64,000 nucleotides of DNA from Bugula neritina (Eukaryota; Animalia; Bryozoa), in contig OZ037769.1 of NCBI GenBank assembly GCA_964035545.1, forward strand, positions 14,352,633 to 14,416,632. The letters run 5' to 3'. A program made the translations under genes and the position numbers. Below, piece after piece: positions 11,521 to 24,000 of this stretch (its first letter is position 1; every line of letters starts with the position of its first letter). A model generated the notes under the pieces. The model was given only the letters and a program-made list of their open reading frames with translations, was not told where the DNA came from and ran no database searches.

Positions 11521-14500
11521 ATGTCTGAGACACAAGAAGTGAGTGAAAGTTCAAGGACACTTGAAGGTGACACAGACTCCCAGGTCAAAGGTAAAGACGA
11601 TGATGACACGTCCACTTCAGATCTCGAGTCTAGCTTACATACCCGAAGCAATCTGGATGCAGATGCCGGTGACAGCAGTGATACGTCTGTAGAGACGTCT
11701 GCGGCAGCTATTCCTTCTGCTGCCGGTGATGTGATTAGAGAAACTACTGAGACTGAGTCACAAAGTCCTTCCACAGATGGTGCTGCCGATCAGTCTGTAG
11801 CCGAGATAAATGTTGATAATGAAAGCGGTGCTGCAGCAGACGTTGATAAGGTTTGGATCATCTCCACATCTTTTTGGTTGTTTTTTCCAAAATATATATG
11901 TTTTCAATTTCATAACCTGGTCGTGTTATTTCAAGAGTTGAAGCTATTCAACTCTGTTTCTTTAATAATCCACTTGCATGTTAATTTTCCCTTCACACTA
12001 CTTCGTTTGCTGCAGATTGCTACACCAATTCATTAATAATTATTATTTAAATTGTAATGTTTTCTGTAGATTTCGATATGTTTTGCTGTGTTATTTTCAG
12101 ATTACTACTACTTCCCCTCTAATGGAAGATGTTAAGCAAATGGCTGCTGATTTGCAGAGAAAAGAGGACGGGCCACAGAGCGGCGCTGAAAAAGATGAAT
12201 ATCATTTAAAATGGATAAAGTTTAAAGGTCTGTTTATAGTCTCCCCGTGTACAGTTACTGGTTAGGACCTGTTAGTACCTTCGTAGTACCCAGTATGACT
12301 TCAGTAGGACCCATTAGGACCTCAATAGGGCCTCAGTAGTACTTTAGTAGGACCTTAGTAGTATTATAGGGTTTACTAACTGAATACAGTGATAACATTT
12401 TGAACTACACTATGAAAATGTTGCTACTGGTTGTGTCTTGTTCTTTTATTATAATATACAAGAAATTTTCATCACTTATGCAAGCAGCTTTACTAACTAT
12501 AGTTGTATTACAAGTAGGCCCAGTCTGTTGCTTAAGATCAGGTAGTGTGATGTTGGTAGAAAACTTTCTTTGTATTCATCACATTTTAACCAATAGCATG
12601 CTCTAAATTTTGTGGGTTGTAAAATAATATAAATATAAATTTTCATTTCTTATCAATGCTTCATTGTTACGTTTCGTTTTATTGGTTAGGTCGCTCTGTT
12701 CCAATTGTAACGCAGAATATCAATGGTCCGTGTCCACTAATAGCTATAGTCAATGTGTTGTTCCTCAAGGAGAAGATAACTCTAGATCCATCTGTGGAGA
12801 TTGTGACTTCCAGTCAGCTCATGGGTTACCTAGGAGATATCGTATTACAGGCCACACCTCAGGTTAGCTTCTACTCTATGCAGATATGTGTACTTCTTGT
12901 TCAACAAGTTTATTAGAAAATTTGTTAGTCTATCGTGCGTTTATACTTTTACAGAAAAACTTCCCAATTTTAGTTAATTTCGCTTGCCCAAGGACACTTT
13001 TATAGTCTTACTGAAACTTGATTTTACTTGAATCGCTGAGGCTTTATTCACACTATTTAAGTAAGTCATATAATCGGCAAAGTGAGGATTAAATAAACTC
13101 ATCTACAAGGATTTATCATTCCTTTGATTATTATTTTGAAATGGGCCATTTTCACAAGGCAGTAATTTTGACGAGTGGCTTTTAGAATGCAATGCAACTC
13201 GGGGAAATTGAATTTCTGACTGAGAATTGTGAAGGTATAAACGCACCTTTAGGTGAAAGATAGTTTTGTTTACAGCTCTGGCTATAGATATAATGGGTTT
13301 AGGATAACTATATATGTTGCTATAGGTGAAATAGAAAGTTGTTCAAATAAATTATTAGCTACTTTTGCTCTAGTATTATTCAAAGGTAACTTTATTCTAA
13401 GCAGCTGCTGGTATCATGCTGTAGAACCTGGCCACGGGAGAGCAAGCCAATTGGGAGCAGAACGTCAACGACGCTATTGCCGTCTTTCATAAACTCCAGA
13501 CTGGTCTAGATGTCAATGTGAGGTTTACCGGGTGAGTTGTGAGTAGCCTCATTTCCCGGGACTGTGTTACGGGTGGCATACTGTGCATATTAGCCTTGGT
13601 GCATTGATATGGGCTATTAGAAATGAAGACGACTCCAATTCAACTTTCTAATAGAACTTTTGTTGATGAATATTTATGATTTAGATAAATGTTTACTTGA
13701 CCTTTTAGTTGCTTTAGTTATTAACCATCAATCTAACCAGTTAGTTGAAGGGCTGGGGCTGTGTTGAAGTAACAATTAAATTGTTAAAGTTGTGAAAACC
13801 TGGATAGAGTTTAGCAGGACTGATTTAATTTCATTAGTCTGATGTTTTTGCGTTTTCCCCAGTCATTCCATCTGCTGGTTCATATTTTATTGAACACTTT
13901 GATGGATTGAATAAAATTATGCGTCACATTTAGAGTGCAGGACTTTGAGTACACTCCGGAGTGTGTAGTCTTTGATCTCCTGAACATATCCCTGTACCAC
14001 GGGTGGCTGGTGGACACCGCCCTTCCGGATACGGTGCAGGCTGTGGGGAATCTCACCTACAACCAGCTGGTGGAGATGATAATAGAGAACCAGGCGAGTT
14101 CAGACACGTCCAAGTCTACTCAAGGTGAGTGGTCAAAGGATCAGTTTGTATGAGATAGGGGTCACAATGTTAGTCTTCCATCTCAGTGCTGCATCTAGTG
14201 AAAGCACTGGGTGCCTGTGACACTTCATCTCATGTGTCTCTTCTATCAACATAACTCTCTGTAACAAGGCAGCTTCTTAGCAACACATTTATATACAAAT
14301 GGTAGGGCTTTAGAGCTGCTTCTAATAACTCACAGCTGCTGTTGATACATTTCTTGTCTGTATTTGACCAAATTTGACCAAATGGTTGCCTGGGGGACGA
14401 AGAAAAACTTGTGTTTCCTTGCCTGTTCTCATTCCTCTCACTTGCTCTCACTTGCTCTCACTGTCTAGAATAGTTTGAGCAGATGATTATTCTTATCTTT

Positions 14501-16605
14501 ATTTCATTTTGAAATGGTGATATTTTGAAATGGTATATTAGTGACGTTTTATCCTGTAGCCTTGCTCGGTCAGCTCTTTCTGGATGAGAGTGCGTCACAG
14601 TTGACTTACCACGGTCTCTCAGAACTCTCCTGCACTCTGGCAGAAGACAACATGGCCGTCTTCTTCCGGAATAATCACTTTAGCACTATATACAAGCACA
14701 GAGTAAGTGATATCTGCAGTAAAAGTATTATATACAAACGCAGGGTAAGTGTTTATCTGCAGTAGAAAGTTTGAATTTAAACAAACCTCTAATAATTAAT
14801 CAGTAATATTTTCTCCTAAAACTTATTGGGAGTTGTCTGTTAATGTACATCTCAGATTTACAATACAAATAGTTCTACAAAGGGACAGTCGTTGTCTAGT
14901 GGTTAGAACACTGGCTTAACCTGCCACACCATCTCGGCTAAAGTAGAGAAACACAGCCTATAACCTTAGAATCATATTTCACGACACCCTGTGAATACTT
15001 TTAACGATATTTTATTTTAAATAATCCAACAGAGTTCTGACTTTTTTTACTTTCTCCACTTTTGTTCTTGTCTACTTATTATGGCCAGTATTTACACTGA
15101 ATTTCACGTTTGTTCATGTCTGTGATATGTAATAAATCAATCAATCAATTATTGTCAGAAATTATCCAGGAGACTCAAATAAAGTTAGGTTTATTAGTGA
15201 AGGGGAATAGGCTGTACACTCCTTATTTTCACCAGGAGGAGCTGTTTCTGCTAGTCACTGACCAGGGCTACCTCCGGGAGAGCCAGGTAGTCTGGGAGAC
15301 AATGTCCAACGTAGAAGGAGACGGTTTCCTGGTAGACTCTTGCTTCCACACCGCTCACAGGCTAAACAGGGACCCTGTACCCCCACCCGCAGTCCCCTTG
15401 AACGTTGAGCAACAAATGGAACAAGAGTGAGTCATGCTGTATTTAGTAATTAATGTCGCAACTCTAAAATGTTTACTCAGTTGTGTATTTTGATAGAAGT
15501 TTTTTTGCTGTAGTCATGTATTTGTGTTCCAAGGTTTTATATTGTTCAATTTTTTTTCCATTGTTCGATCGAAACTAGTAGTAAAGCTGTGTGACACACA
15601 CTTCTTTACTCTGAGCTGTACTTTGACAGCATTTAGAATGTGTTCCAATATACCCTAGCTTCAGTTCCTCAACCGATGTGTTGTATTACTTGTAGTCGTC
15701 TCCTCGCACTCTCGCTGAACCAACAGGAAGCGCCTGCAGCTAACAGGGCCTTTACCTCTGAGTCAGAGTGAGTTGTTTAGTCTTGGGAAGTGTTCGCAGG
15801 TGTTTTACTGGCAGTACTCTATCAGTGTATGTACATTGCCTGTTGTGTATGCGTATCTCATATGCTACTTGTACTTATATATATGTATGCAGGACTTGTA
15901 GCTGTGCATATATTACACACACGTACACACACACACACGCACACACACAACACACGCCCACACACATGCACTCACACCTGTAATATATGTTACTTGATAT
16001 AAACAATCTTGTATGGCTTTTAGTGAACAATTTGCCAAGCGGTTGCAATCTGAAGAGGAAAGTCGAGCTGCAATGCAGCAACAACCGTATCAGCAGCAGC
16101 AACCACCCCCGCAGCGCCGGCAGCAGCGTCAGCAACCTCACCGGCAGCAGAGGGACGAATATAGTCATGACTCAAGTTCCTCCCGGTCAGACCGATCCTC
16201 AACAGGAAGTAAAAAAGATAGTACGGTAAGTTGTTCGTGTTTCGGCCACGAAGTAACTAAAATTGTCTTCTCTCCTTGTCTTCTGCCCTGGCTGTGTGTT
16301 GTGTAGCATGTACCGAGTTTGGTTTTTGCTCAGATCTGAAATTGAAAACTCACATAATTCTAGTTTAAGCTAATTACAGATTTATAGCTGGCAACATTGA
16401 CTAAATGAATCAATCAATTTTACTGGTATTCCTGCAAACCATTATGTTATTTCCTTAGAGGTGCTGAAAATATTTCGCTATATACTAAATGATAGTGACT
16501 AATATTTGTCCAGGTTGCGAGTCTTGGCTAATTCAAATAACTTCCGCACGCTTCTGTTTGCAAATAACGTCACGTCTTCTCTGTTTACAGTGCGTTATCT
16601 TGTGA
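11521..16605 (+). CDS. MINDY1: MINDY-1/2 (FAM63) K48 deubiquitinase, 10 exons, 516 aa
   Basis: Exons 11521-11850, 12101-12227, 12690-12862, 13425-13531, 13934-14124, 14560-14702, 15236-15426, 15696-15767, 16024-16225, 16591-16605 (1551 nt, in frame). Catalytic QNINGPCPL and FFRNNHFST; LQTGLDVNVRF; LYHGWLVD; LVTDQGY; two MIU-like helices (DRLLALSLNQQE, DEQFAKRLQSEEE); C-terminal CVIL. Co-orthologue of MINDY1 and MINDY2. Confidence 0.95.
12262..12363. repeat. Degenerate ~11-bp tandem repeat (CAGTAGGACCT-like) in MINDY intron 2
   Basis: ttaggacctg/ttagtacctt/cagtaggaccc/attaggacctc/tagtaggacct units visible. Confidence 0.7.
14687..14770 (+). repeat. 42-bp tandem duplication spanning the MINDY exon 6 donor
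   Basis: TATATACAAGCACAGA|GTAAGTGATATCTGCAGTAAAAGT followed by TATATACAAACGCAGG|GTAAGTGTTTATCTGCAGTAGAAAGT. Confidence 0.85.
14882..14920 (+). mobile_element. Truncated tRNA-derived SINE-like head
   Basis: GTTGTCTAGTGGTTAGAACACTGGCTTA matches GTGGTCTAGGGGTTAGAACGCTGGCTTA at 34738; pol III A-box-like. Confidence 0.4.
15914..15977. repeat. Imperfect (CA)n microsatellite in MINDY intron 8
   Basis: acacacacgtacacacacacacacgcacacacacaacacacgcccacacacatgcactcacac. Confidence 0.9.
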
Positions 16606-16945
16606 CGTGACAGGAAGTCAGCTGTGATCAATACCAAGATCTCTCCTCTACCTTCACAACTGTTTATAGTGAAACAGATATGAAACCTCTAGCGTAGTCT
16701 GTGCATGCGTGGTGGCCATGTTATAGTAACTCCATATTTGGAAATAGACTCTGTGATGTTTATGTCTTAGATTAGCATATTGTTGCATACAGTTAATGAG
16801 TATTCTACCGTTATTAAGTGATCTACTCATTGTGCTAAGCTGTGCAACTGGCTAACTGCATTCTAGTCACATTAATGTTACCTTCTGTCTTGGTGACTAA
16901 TCAGGCTTTAGTTTACTATAATTTCACTACTTCCTCATTTTTCGT

Positions 16946-17095
16946 CTGCTAGTCACTGTTAAGTACTAATACTAGCTGGTGGTAGCTAGTAGTTACTGCT
17001 AGTCACTGTTAAGTACTAATACTAGCTGGTGGTAGCTAGTAGTTACTGCTAGTCACTGTTAAGTACTACTACTAACTGGTAGTCACTAGTAGTTA
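16946..17095. repeat. 50-bp minisatellite x3 in MINDY 3' UTR
   Basis: CTGCTAGTCACTGTTAAGTACTAATACTAGCTGGTGGTAGCTAGTAGTTA exact at 16946 and 16996, diverged at 17046; AATAAA follows at 17336 and 17503. Confidence 0.92.
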
Positions 17096-18607
17096 TCAAT
17101 AATAGTTGGCAGAAGACGCTACTAATATAAGTACATTGGATATATTTTACTCACAAATTTTATAAACTTTGTATCCAATACATACTCAAACATCATATGC
17201 AATATTCGAATGGCATTTCCTGTTAGTTGTTTTATCGCTGATTAATCACAGTTTAAAGTATTTATAACATACCATATTGACTTTATTTATATGTATTTGT
17301 GATATTCATGTGTAATTTTCTGTAGTAACTTTTATAATAAAATTTTGGGGTTCTGGGACTAATTTAATATACTCTTCATATGGCTAGTTGCAGCTAGTTC
17401 TTATTTGCAATGCTATTATATGCTTTTACTTTCTTTTAATATATGTTTTATGTCAAATTGTATTTAATTAGTAATATATACTGCAATGTTACTGCTTTAT
17501 TATAATAAAATATATGTTATTGGTTTATCATGGCTGTTTATCGTTCAGTAAGATTATCCTCAATGTGGAAGTGAATAATTATTGTCATAATCACCAGCTA
17601 TGACATCATCCATAACAGATCATCTGACTCATGCACTGTATATCTGCATTATTACTCTGAACAACAATCTTGTGTAAAATAATTATGTTGTTTATATTAT
17701 ACTCATGCATGCAGTATCAAATTTACTTGTGTTTCTGAAAGTCTTTTGTTACTTGCTGTCACCCAACACTTATCTAAATCATTGAAAAATTTGTAGAGAA
17801 TAGTCAAGTTGATCTATCAATAACCAAACCTGTTCATATATAGAAATAGAATCCAGATTGTATAAGACACGGTGCCAACATTGATGTGTTGCTCGCAAAC
17901 ATGATTAAAATATGATGCTTAAATGCAACTTTCCCAGCATTTTTTGTTTTCCTACAAGTTGTTAAAATGTTATATTTATACGGTGTAGTGTTGGTTTGAG
18001 TAGTTATGTTTCTAACGTTGTATACAATATTATATGCTAGGTAGCCAAAGACCTTCAATTTAGCTCAACCAAAGAGCCAATACTCTTTAATTGAGACTTT
18101 GATTTGTGTCACAACAGCATTGGAATCATTTAATACGTCTTATGTAATATTTATTATGTCACTATTTAAATGCTTTACAAGTAAGAATTTTATTTGGAAG
18201 CAAGAAAACTTTTTTTTTAAATAAATGGTTCTGCTTTTTGAAGTTAACTTTAGCTTGTTTACTCTAAATGTATATTTTTATGTAATGGATATAATTTGTT
18301 TATTGCTATATAATTAATATAATAATTTTATAATAACAAACTTATATTTATATGTGAGTTAATTATTAAAAGTTGGATGGTGTATAGCCGGAAATTATAC
18401 TTTATATCATTATAACTATTCTGATAAGTGTGTTTAGTATACATGTATTTATCTGCAAAGAGCAAGTTTAAACAAGGTAGTATAACTGGAGTGCAAATGC
18501 ATGGGAGAGAACACCTGTATGGTTTTAATCATACTTGAGGTTTAAAAGATGCTTTATTTTGTCTAACAGCCTACACAGCCAGCATTAAGCAAGTTACTTC
18601 TCAGACT

Positions 18608-19321
18608 ATGCAGTTCATTACGTTCATACTGTTAGCTTTTGCGTCTGCAGCCTACGCTGTCAGTCTATCCGCTGTGGAACAGCAAGAACTCCGTAAACTC
18701 GACAGCAAGACTAACATCTTAAAAAACGAGGTCACTTCCGAATGTCCTCAATTTACTTACAACTTTCCTTCAGGCAAGGAAGTCGCAGGAAACGCCAAGT
18801 TTAGCGTTCAACTCGAGGCAAAACAAGAAGAATACGCAAAAGTTTTCAAAGAGCTCTACAAATGTCATCAGTGGAAATTGCTCTCCAAGCCACAAGAGTG
18901 TCTAACGGCAGAAAAACTTACAGAGTCATGGCGTCTCAATCATAACGGGAGTAACATTCGACCAGGTGGAGCTAACTCTCAGGACGGATACGCATGCGAT
19001 CTCAACGACAGCAACCGTTGGTTCAGGTTTACCGGTGCTGCCGGTAACAGATTGCTCAACTCTTGTCCGAAGGTCAACAGTTGCGGCAGCAAGTATCCGA
19101 TCTGGTCCGATGCCGAAATGCCAACTGCTGTCGGCCAGGCAGTAGCTATTGACGGGTATGTTGTCCTTGAAGAGGGGTATTGTAAATATTGGACAGTACC
19201 ACTGGGGGTGATGAAATGTACTGATTATTTAGAAGATGACTTTATTTACAAGTTGTCAGCCTCTGCAGGCGGCTCTAGCTCTTATTCGTGTGGCAATGGA
19301 GCCTTCTGTGGTATGGAGTGA
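18608..19321 (+). CDS. Intronless secreted D8C-domain protein (paralogue 2)
   Basis: 237-aa ORF with signal peptide; collinear with 2184-2963 (SECP, QLEAK, ECLTA..WR..HNGSN..PGG..S..GYACD, WFRFT..AGN, SCG, DFIYK, FCGM) but without the Thr/Pro linker; AATAAA at 19374-19379. Confidence 0.87.
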   Translation: MQFITFILLAFASAAYAVSLSAVEQQELRKLDSKTNILKNEVTSECPQFTYNFPSGKEVAGNAKFSVQLEAKQEEYAKVFKELYKCHQWKLLSKPQECLTAEKLTESWRLNHNGSNIRPGGANSQDGYACDLNDSNRWFRFTGAAGNRLLNSCPKVNSCGSKYPIWSDAEMPTAVGQAVAIDGYVVLEEGYCKYWTVPLGVMKCTDYLEDDFIYKLSASAGGSSSYSCGNGAFCGME

Positions 19322-21006
19322 CAGTTTAGTACAATTTTAAATTGATATCACTGACATATGCAATAGTGTTTTAAATAAAAAGTCTTATATGAAATATACA
19401 ATATTTAACTACGCAAATAAATTAAGACTGAATAAATATACATAAACGTTTTGTTATTTACTATTTAAGAAACTGTAACAAACATATAAATTATATGCAT
19501 ATTGTAAAGATTTTCACAAGAATGATTCTTATTTGATGTTATATACAAAATATTAGCTTACGTATTATTATACTCAGCCAAAAAATAATTGTAATATTAC
19601 AATTATTATATAACTAGTTGCAAAAATAACATTGAAAAACAATTATTTATTTTAGGGTACAAGATTTTCCAGCGATCAGTTTAAAATTAGATTATTTCTG
19701 TAATCCAAAGTAGTTAACTTTATAGGCTACTGCAGCTTATATTGTAATTATGAAATGCAGTTTTAAGTTACATTATTGCAGTTTTTGTTAAACAATAATT
19801 ATAATTGATTACCAATTACCAATTGAAATATAGGGAAACAAATTAGTCATAATAATTGTTGCACTTCAAAATTGTTTGCATGACCATCATATAAAAAACA
19901 AAAATTAACAAAGCATAATATAAATACAAATCGACATAGCGCTTGGTATTTCATATTTGAGAGTTGTTTACCCACAGAAAATTATTATAATAAACAAAGT
20001 TGTCTTCTCAACTTGTTTTAGTGCTTCGAAGAGGTGTCAACTTCTAAAATTCTTTGTTTTAGTCTTGAAGCATTTTTCATATCTAAATTAATACCATCAG
20101 ATTTTATTTATATATCTTTCAGTCGAATTTTAGCATAAATGTGAATATTTTCATTTCTAAGTGAAATTAAATGTATGCAAAAAATGTGTTTCTGGTTGAT
20201 TTCTTGAGAATGTGTCCAGGTATTTATAAGAACTATTCAAATGCACGAGCAAGTTTCTCTCAAATTCACCTTGTTCAAGTCTTCATTTTGTTAAGCTTAG
20301 TCATGCGTGCTGAAATTAAAAATGTATGGATATTAAATGCCCCGTTGAGCACGACAATAACATCGGTGGTATTGCTATTCGTGGAATACCACGTTAGCTC
20401 CGCCTAATAAAGTAACCACTTTGTTTTGGTAGAACAAGTACGGGCAAGTACAAGATGACCGTATCAGCACGCGTTTATTAGAAACCTAGGTTACACAAAT
20501 TCTTCAATCTGTAGTAATCAAATTTATATTCAGGCAGTGATTGTGTATTTGCTTTTAGTTATTGTTGCTTGGAAATTTGATTTTTTTCAACACGCTTACA
20601 AAACTTTGCTGATGAGTATAACTCTGTAACAAACCTCAACTTACCAGATTCTAAAAGCTTTAAGACAACGCAGGAGAGAAGGCAAAACCAACTACTCGCC
20701 ATAGCTTCACTCCTAGGTATTCGTTCACTACGCTGCAGTGTCGCAGTTTTATTGAATATCGATTATAATATTGATCTAACTTGATTATTGGTTATATCGT
20801 CCATTCGATCACGTACAGTTATACTAACAGTGACAAATCTTAGATATTGATTAAAGTGTGCTGTGCAAGAATGTAACAAGCTCTGGCTGGAAACAAGAAA
20901 TCACAATTTGTTGATCTTGATGCTGGAATACAACTTAGAGTTGAACTTGCAGTCTGCTAGAGTCGTACTCGTACTCGACTTGTTAGCTTGATAGTCGCTG
21001 GAGATT

Positions 21007-24000
21007 ATGATTTGGAGAAAACTGCTTATATTGAACCCTCTATCTGGGATTATATTATACCTTATATTAAACTTATCTAACTGTGCAAAAGACAGCCTCT
21101 GTCGTCATAAAATTTGGTAAGTAAATACTAAATTACTTACTCTTAATAATGCATGAGTTATTGCTATATCTTATAAATAATTATAATATAATTATATTAT
21201 TTATAATAAGCATAATGCTTTGAACACTTCCTATTGGTATTGAATCTAATATTTTTGTCCTCTTTACTTTGCAATAGCAATTCAAAGATTTCACATGCAG
21301 AGTTAAATGCTTTTCTATCGACTACTTTTCTGCTATCACTATATGAGTAGGTCAATGTCTACAGTAATAATAATAATATAAATGTTAGTTATTACTATTA
21401 GACATTAGACGTTAGTAATAGTATTACTATTAGTATTAGTGTAGCTATGCCTATAGCTATGCCTATTGCCTATTGGCACTACTAAATGCTGAAAAGCCTC
21501 AGTATGAGTTTTAAGTAATATTTTAAGTAAGAATTGGGGTATAAATTGAAGGTCTCTAACACTAAAACTAGTATATTCAAATGGAAATTGTATACTAAGG
21601 CATCTTGACTTAGGCATACAATCATAATACTGATGTATAATTAAACATAAAAGGACACTTTGATCTAGGGTTGTTAGGAATATACAATATTATAAATTAT
21701 AATGAATATTACACTGTCCAAACATTGTTATCACAATCATAATGGTAGTAGACTGTAATTACTAGTTGCTGTGTGGAGTGATGCCATACTCTGATATTTT
21801 GAGTATCTTTATAATAGTTATTTTTAGAAGAAACCACATTCAATTAATATTGTTGCTTGTGCAATTACTATAACTAAATGAAAATTATCACCTATTCACT
21901 GTTACAAACATTATTTAATTCGAACTATGGCTGTTATTTTGACGAGTATTGCAGCTGGATTTCATTTTGGCTACAAAGCTAATGTCCATGTGTTTGCCCT
22001 TTTCCTTATTGAAAGATTTCCAATTGCATAAACCAGGAATACTTGTAACTTTGAAGGTGTTGCAATCATCGAGTACTGATTGATTCACATTACATTAGTG
22101 GCACGCGATTTTCACAATCAGTATAGTTGGACTAATACTGTTAAATAAATGCCACAAATCACGTAACACTCACTTGATATAGCTATAGTATGACTCAAGC
22201 AGTGTGATATTATACGATAATCAATGGTAATTAACATCTTCTTGTTACAATAACCATGAATAGCTAATGAATTAATTATTTCAATATGTTACATGATTAC
22301 AATGCACTTTCATTATACCCCCCACTGGGTGTAGGTTTCCTCTCTACAAAGTTAAGTATGTTTCAAACAAAACTAAATGTAGCTGGCATATTGAGCAATC
22401 TACCAGGATATGGTTACTAGTTAATAATCAGACAGCTATACCAAAGTTTCGAGAGCCTATTGTATAGAACAATGACAGCTTAGCTTAGCTCTGGTGTCTC
22501 TAAAACCTATCTTGGCTACAGGATTGGCAGGGCTGTACCAGTAATTAGCCTGTCACACTGATGAATGATTAATTTATCAATTCTCTACATAACAATGAAT
22601 AACCTGCCTTCATTGCCAAATGCTAATCCAATCGTATAATTGAATACAAAGTGAATAACACACTCCAAAAGTGGAGGTATTTTCAACCATGACGCGTGCC
22701 TTGAAGTTAGACCGATTGATACAGTAACTAAAAATTAAAAAAATAGTTTGAAGCATGAATTACTATATAAACAATATTAAACATTTAATTGAATAAAAAC
22801 ACTTTTTTGGCTTATGTAACCTGAATTAACAGTTAAAATAGCCTTATATCCATACTCTAGAACTTGTCAGTATATGAAGCGAGACAAAGTAGTCCCAAAC
22901 AAAAGGAATTGTATACCAGACAGTGCAACTTTTATTTATACTCATGGTAGTTATATTGACAAAATATTGGTTAATTAATTAAAAAGGGTTTAACCTCAAT
23001 CAAGTCGTGGCTGGAAAGGATGTATATGTGGGCAGATCATCTGGCTTTCTAGTGGTAGACCTCTGCTAAACTTAGCTCCTGGCAGTCAGTCAGCCAATGA
23101 GAGAGAATACAAACCCTTTTACTTGGTTAACTGTTGAATATCTGACATTTCCTCCTGACCAGTCAAATGTCGCTGCCTGTTAATCTAACTAAAAATGTCG
23201 TAATATCACAGCAGCTGGGTATTATAAAATTAATAATATATAATTATCATTGTAATAGCTACTAAAGTTTCTTTGTACTAGAAGGGCGCCTATTATGTGG
23301 CTATCTGTAACCAAATTGCTGTGATTTATCAACCATAGAAATTATCTTGGTGGTTTGACAATATGTAATACAATAGAACCTGGATAGAGGTGAAATATTA
23401 AATTCTCCATTTTCTATTTGAATTGGCTAGGCTTGACAATCCTGTCAAAATAGCAAAGAGTTACATTTAATTAAAGTTTGAAGTAACTATTTTTGATTTA
23501 TATTTGGGAGTGTCTCTTTTTAACATCAAATTAGTATTTGCACTGTAGGTGTATATAATACAAACTGACTCTTAGTTATTCTAAACCTGCTATTTTTAGC
23601 CCGGTCTTGCTTTCTAAACTAGATTATTGCATAATAGTTGTTATCAAAAAGAATAATTAGAATTAACTTTTGATGAAAATTATAGAATTAAATATGTAAA
23701 CCTGTGGAAAAATTTCTTTTTATTGCAAATTTCAAATATATTTGCAATGAGTCATGTAGACTGACACCCTAAATTTATATTCTATTAATCAATCAAATTG
23801 AATCTTTTCCAAAGACAAATTAATGAGCATCTACCCTTAGCTGTCACAGTATTTACTTCAAACTTCGTCATTCCTTAGATTTCTGTTTCAAATGGAGGGT
23901 TTTGCTGAGTAAATCAAATTTCAATGCCTTCACCTGACATAACAGCTTGAGTAGTTTATTCCTTTCATCACGATCAGCCCACAAGTGCAACTCAAATATT

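Noticed and set aside
11406-11774. 122-aa minus-strand ORF
   Set aside because: Antisense shadow of MINDY exon 1; the same applies to ORFs 2621-2860, 24949-25224, 41808-42008, 46444-46704, 48345-48590, 51038-51238 and 62962-63327.
15768-16002. His/Thr-rich ORFs
   Set aside because: Translations of the intronic CA repeat.
16946-17095. CRISPR-like array
   Set aside because: Head-to-tail repeats without unique spacers, eukaryotic context, no cas genes; also applies to 49828-50045 and 62341-62455.
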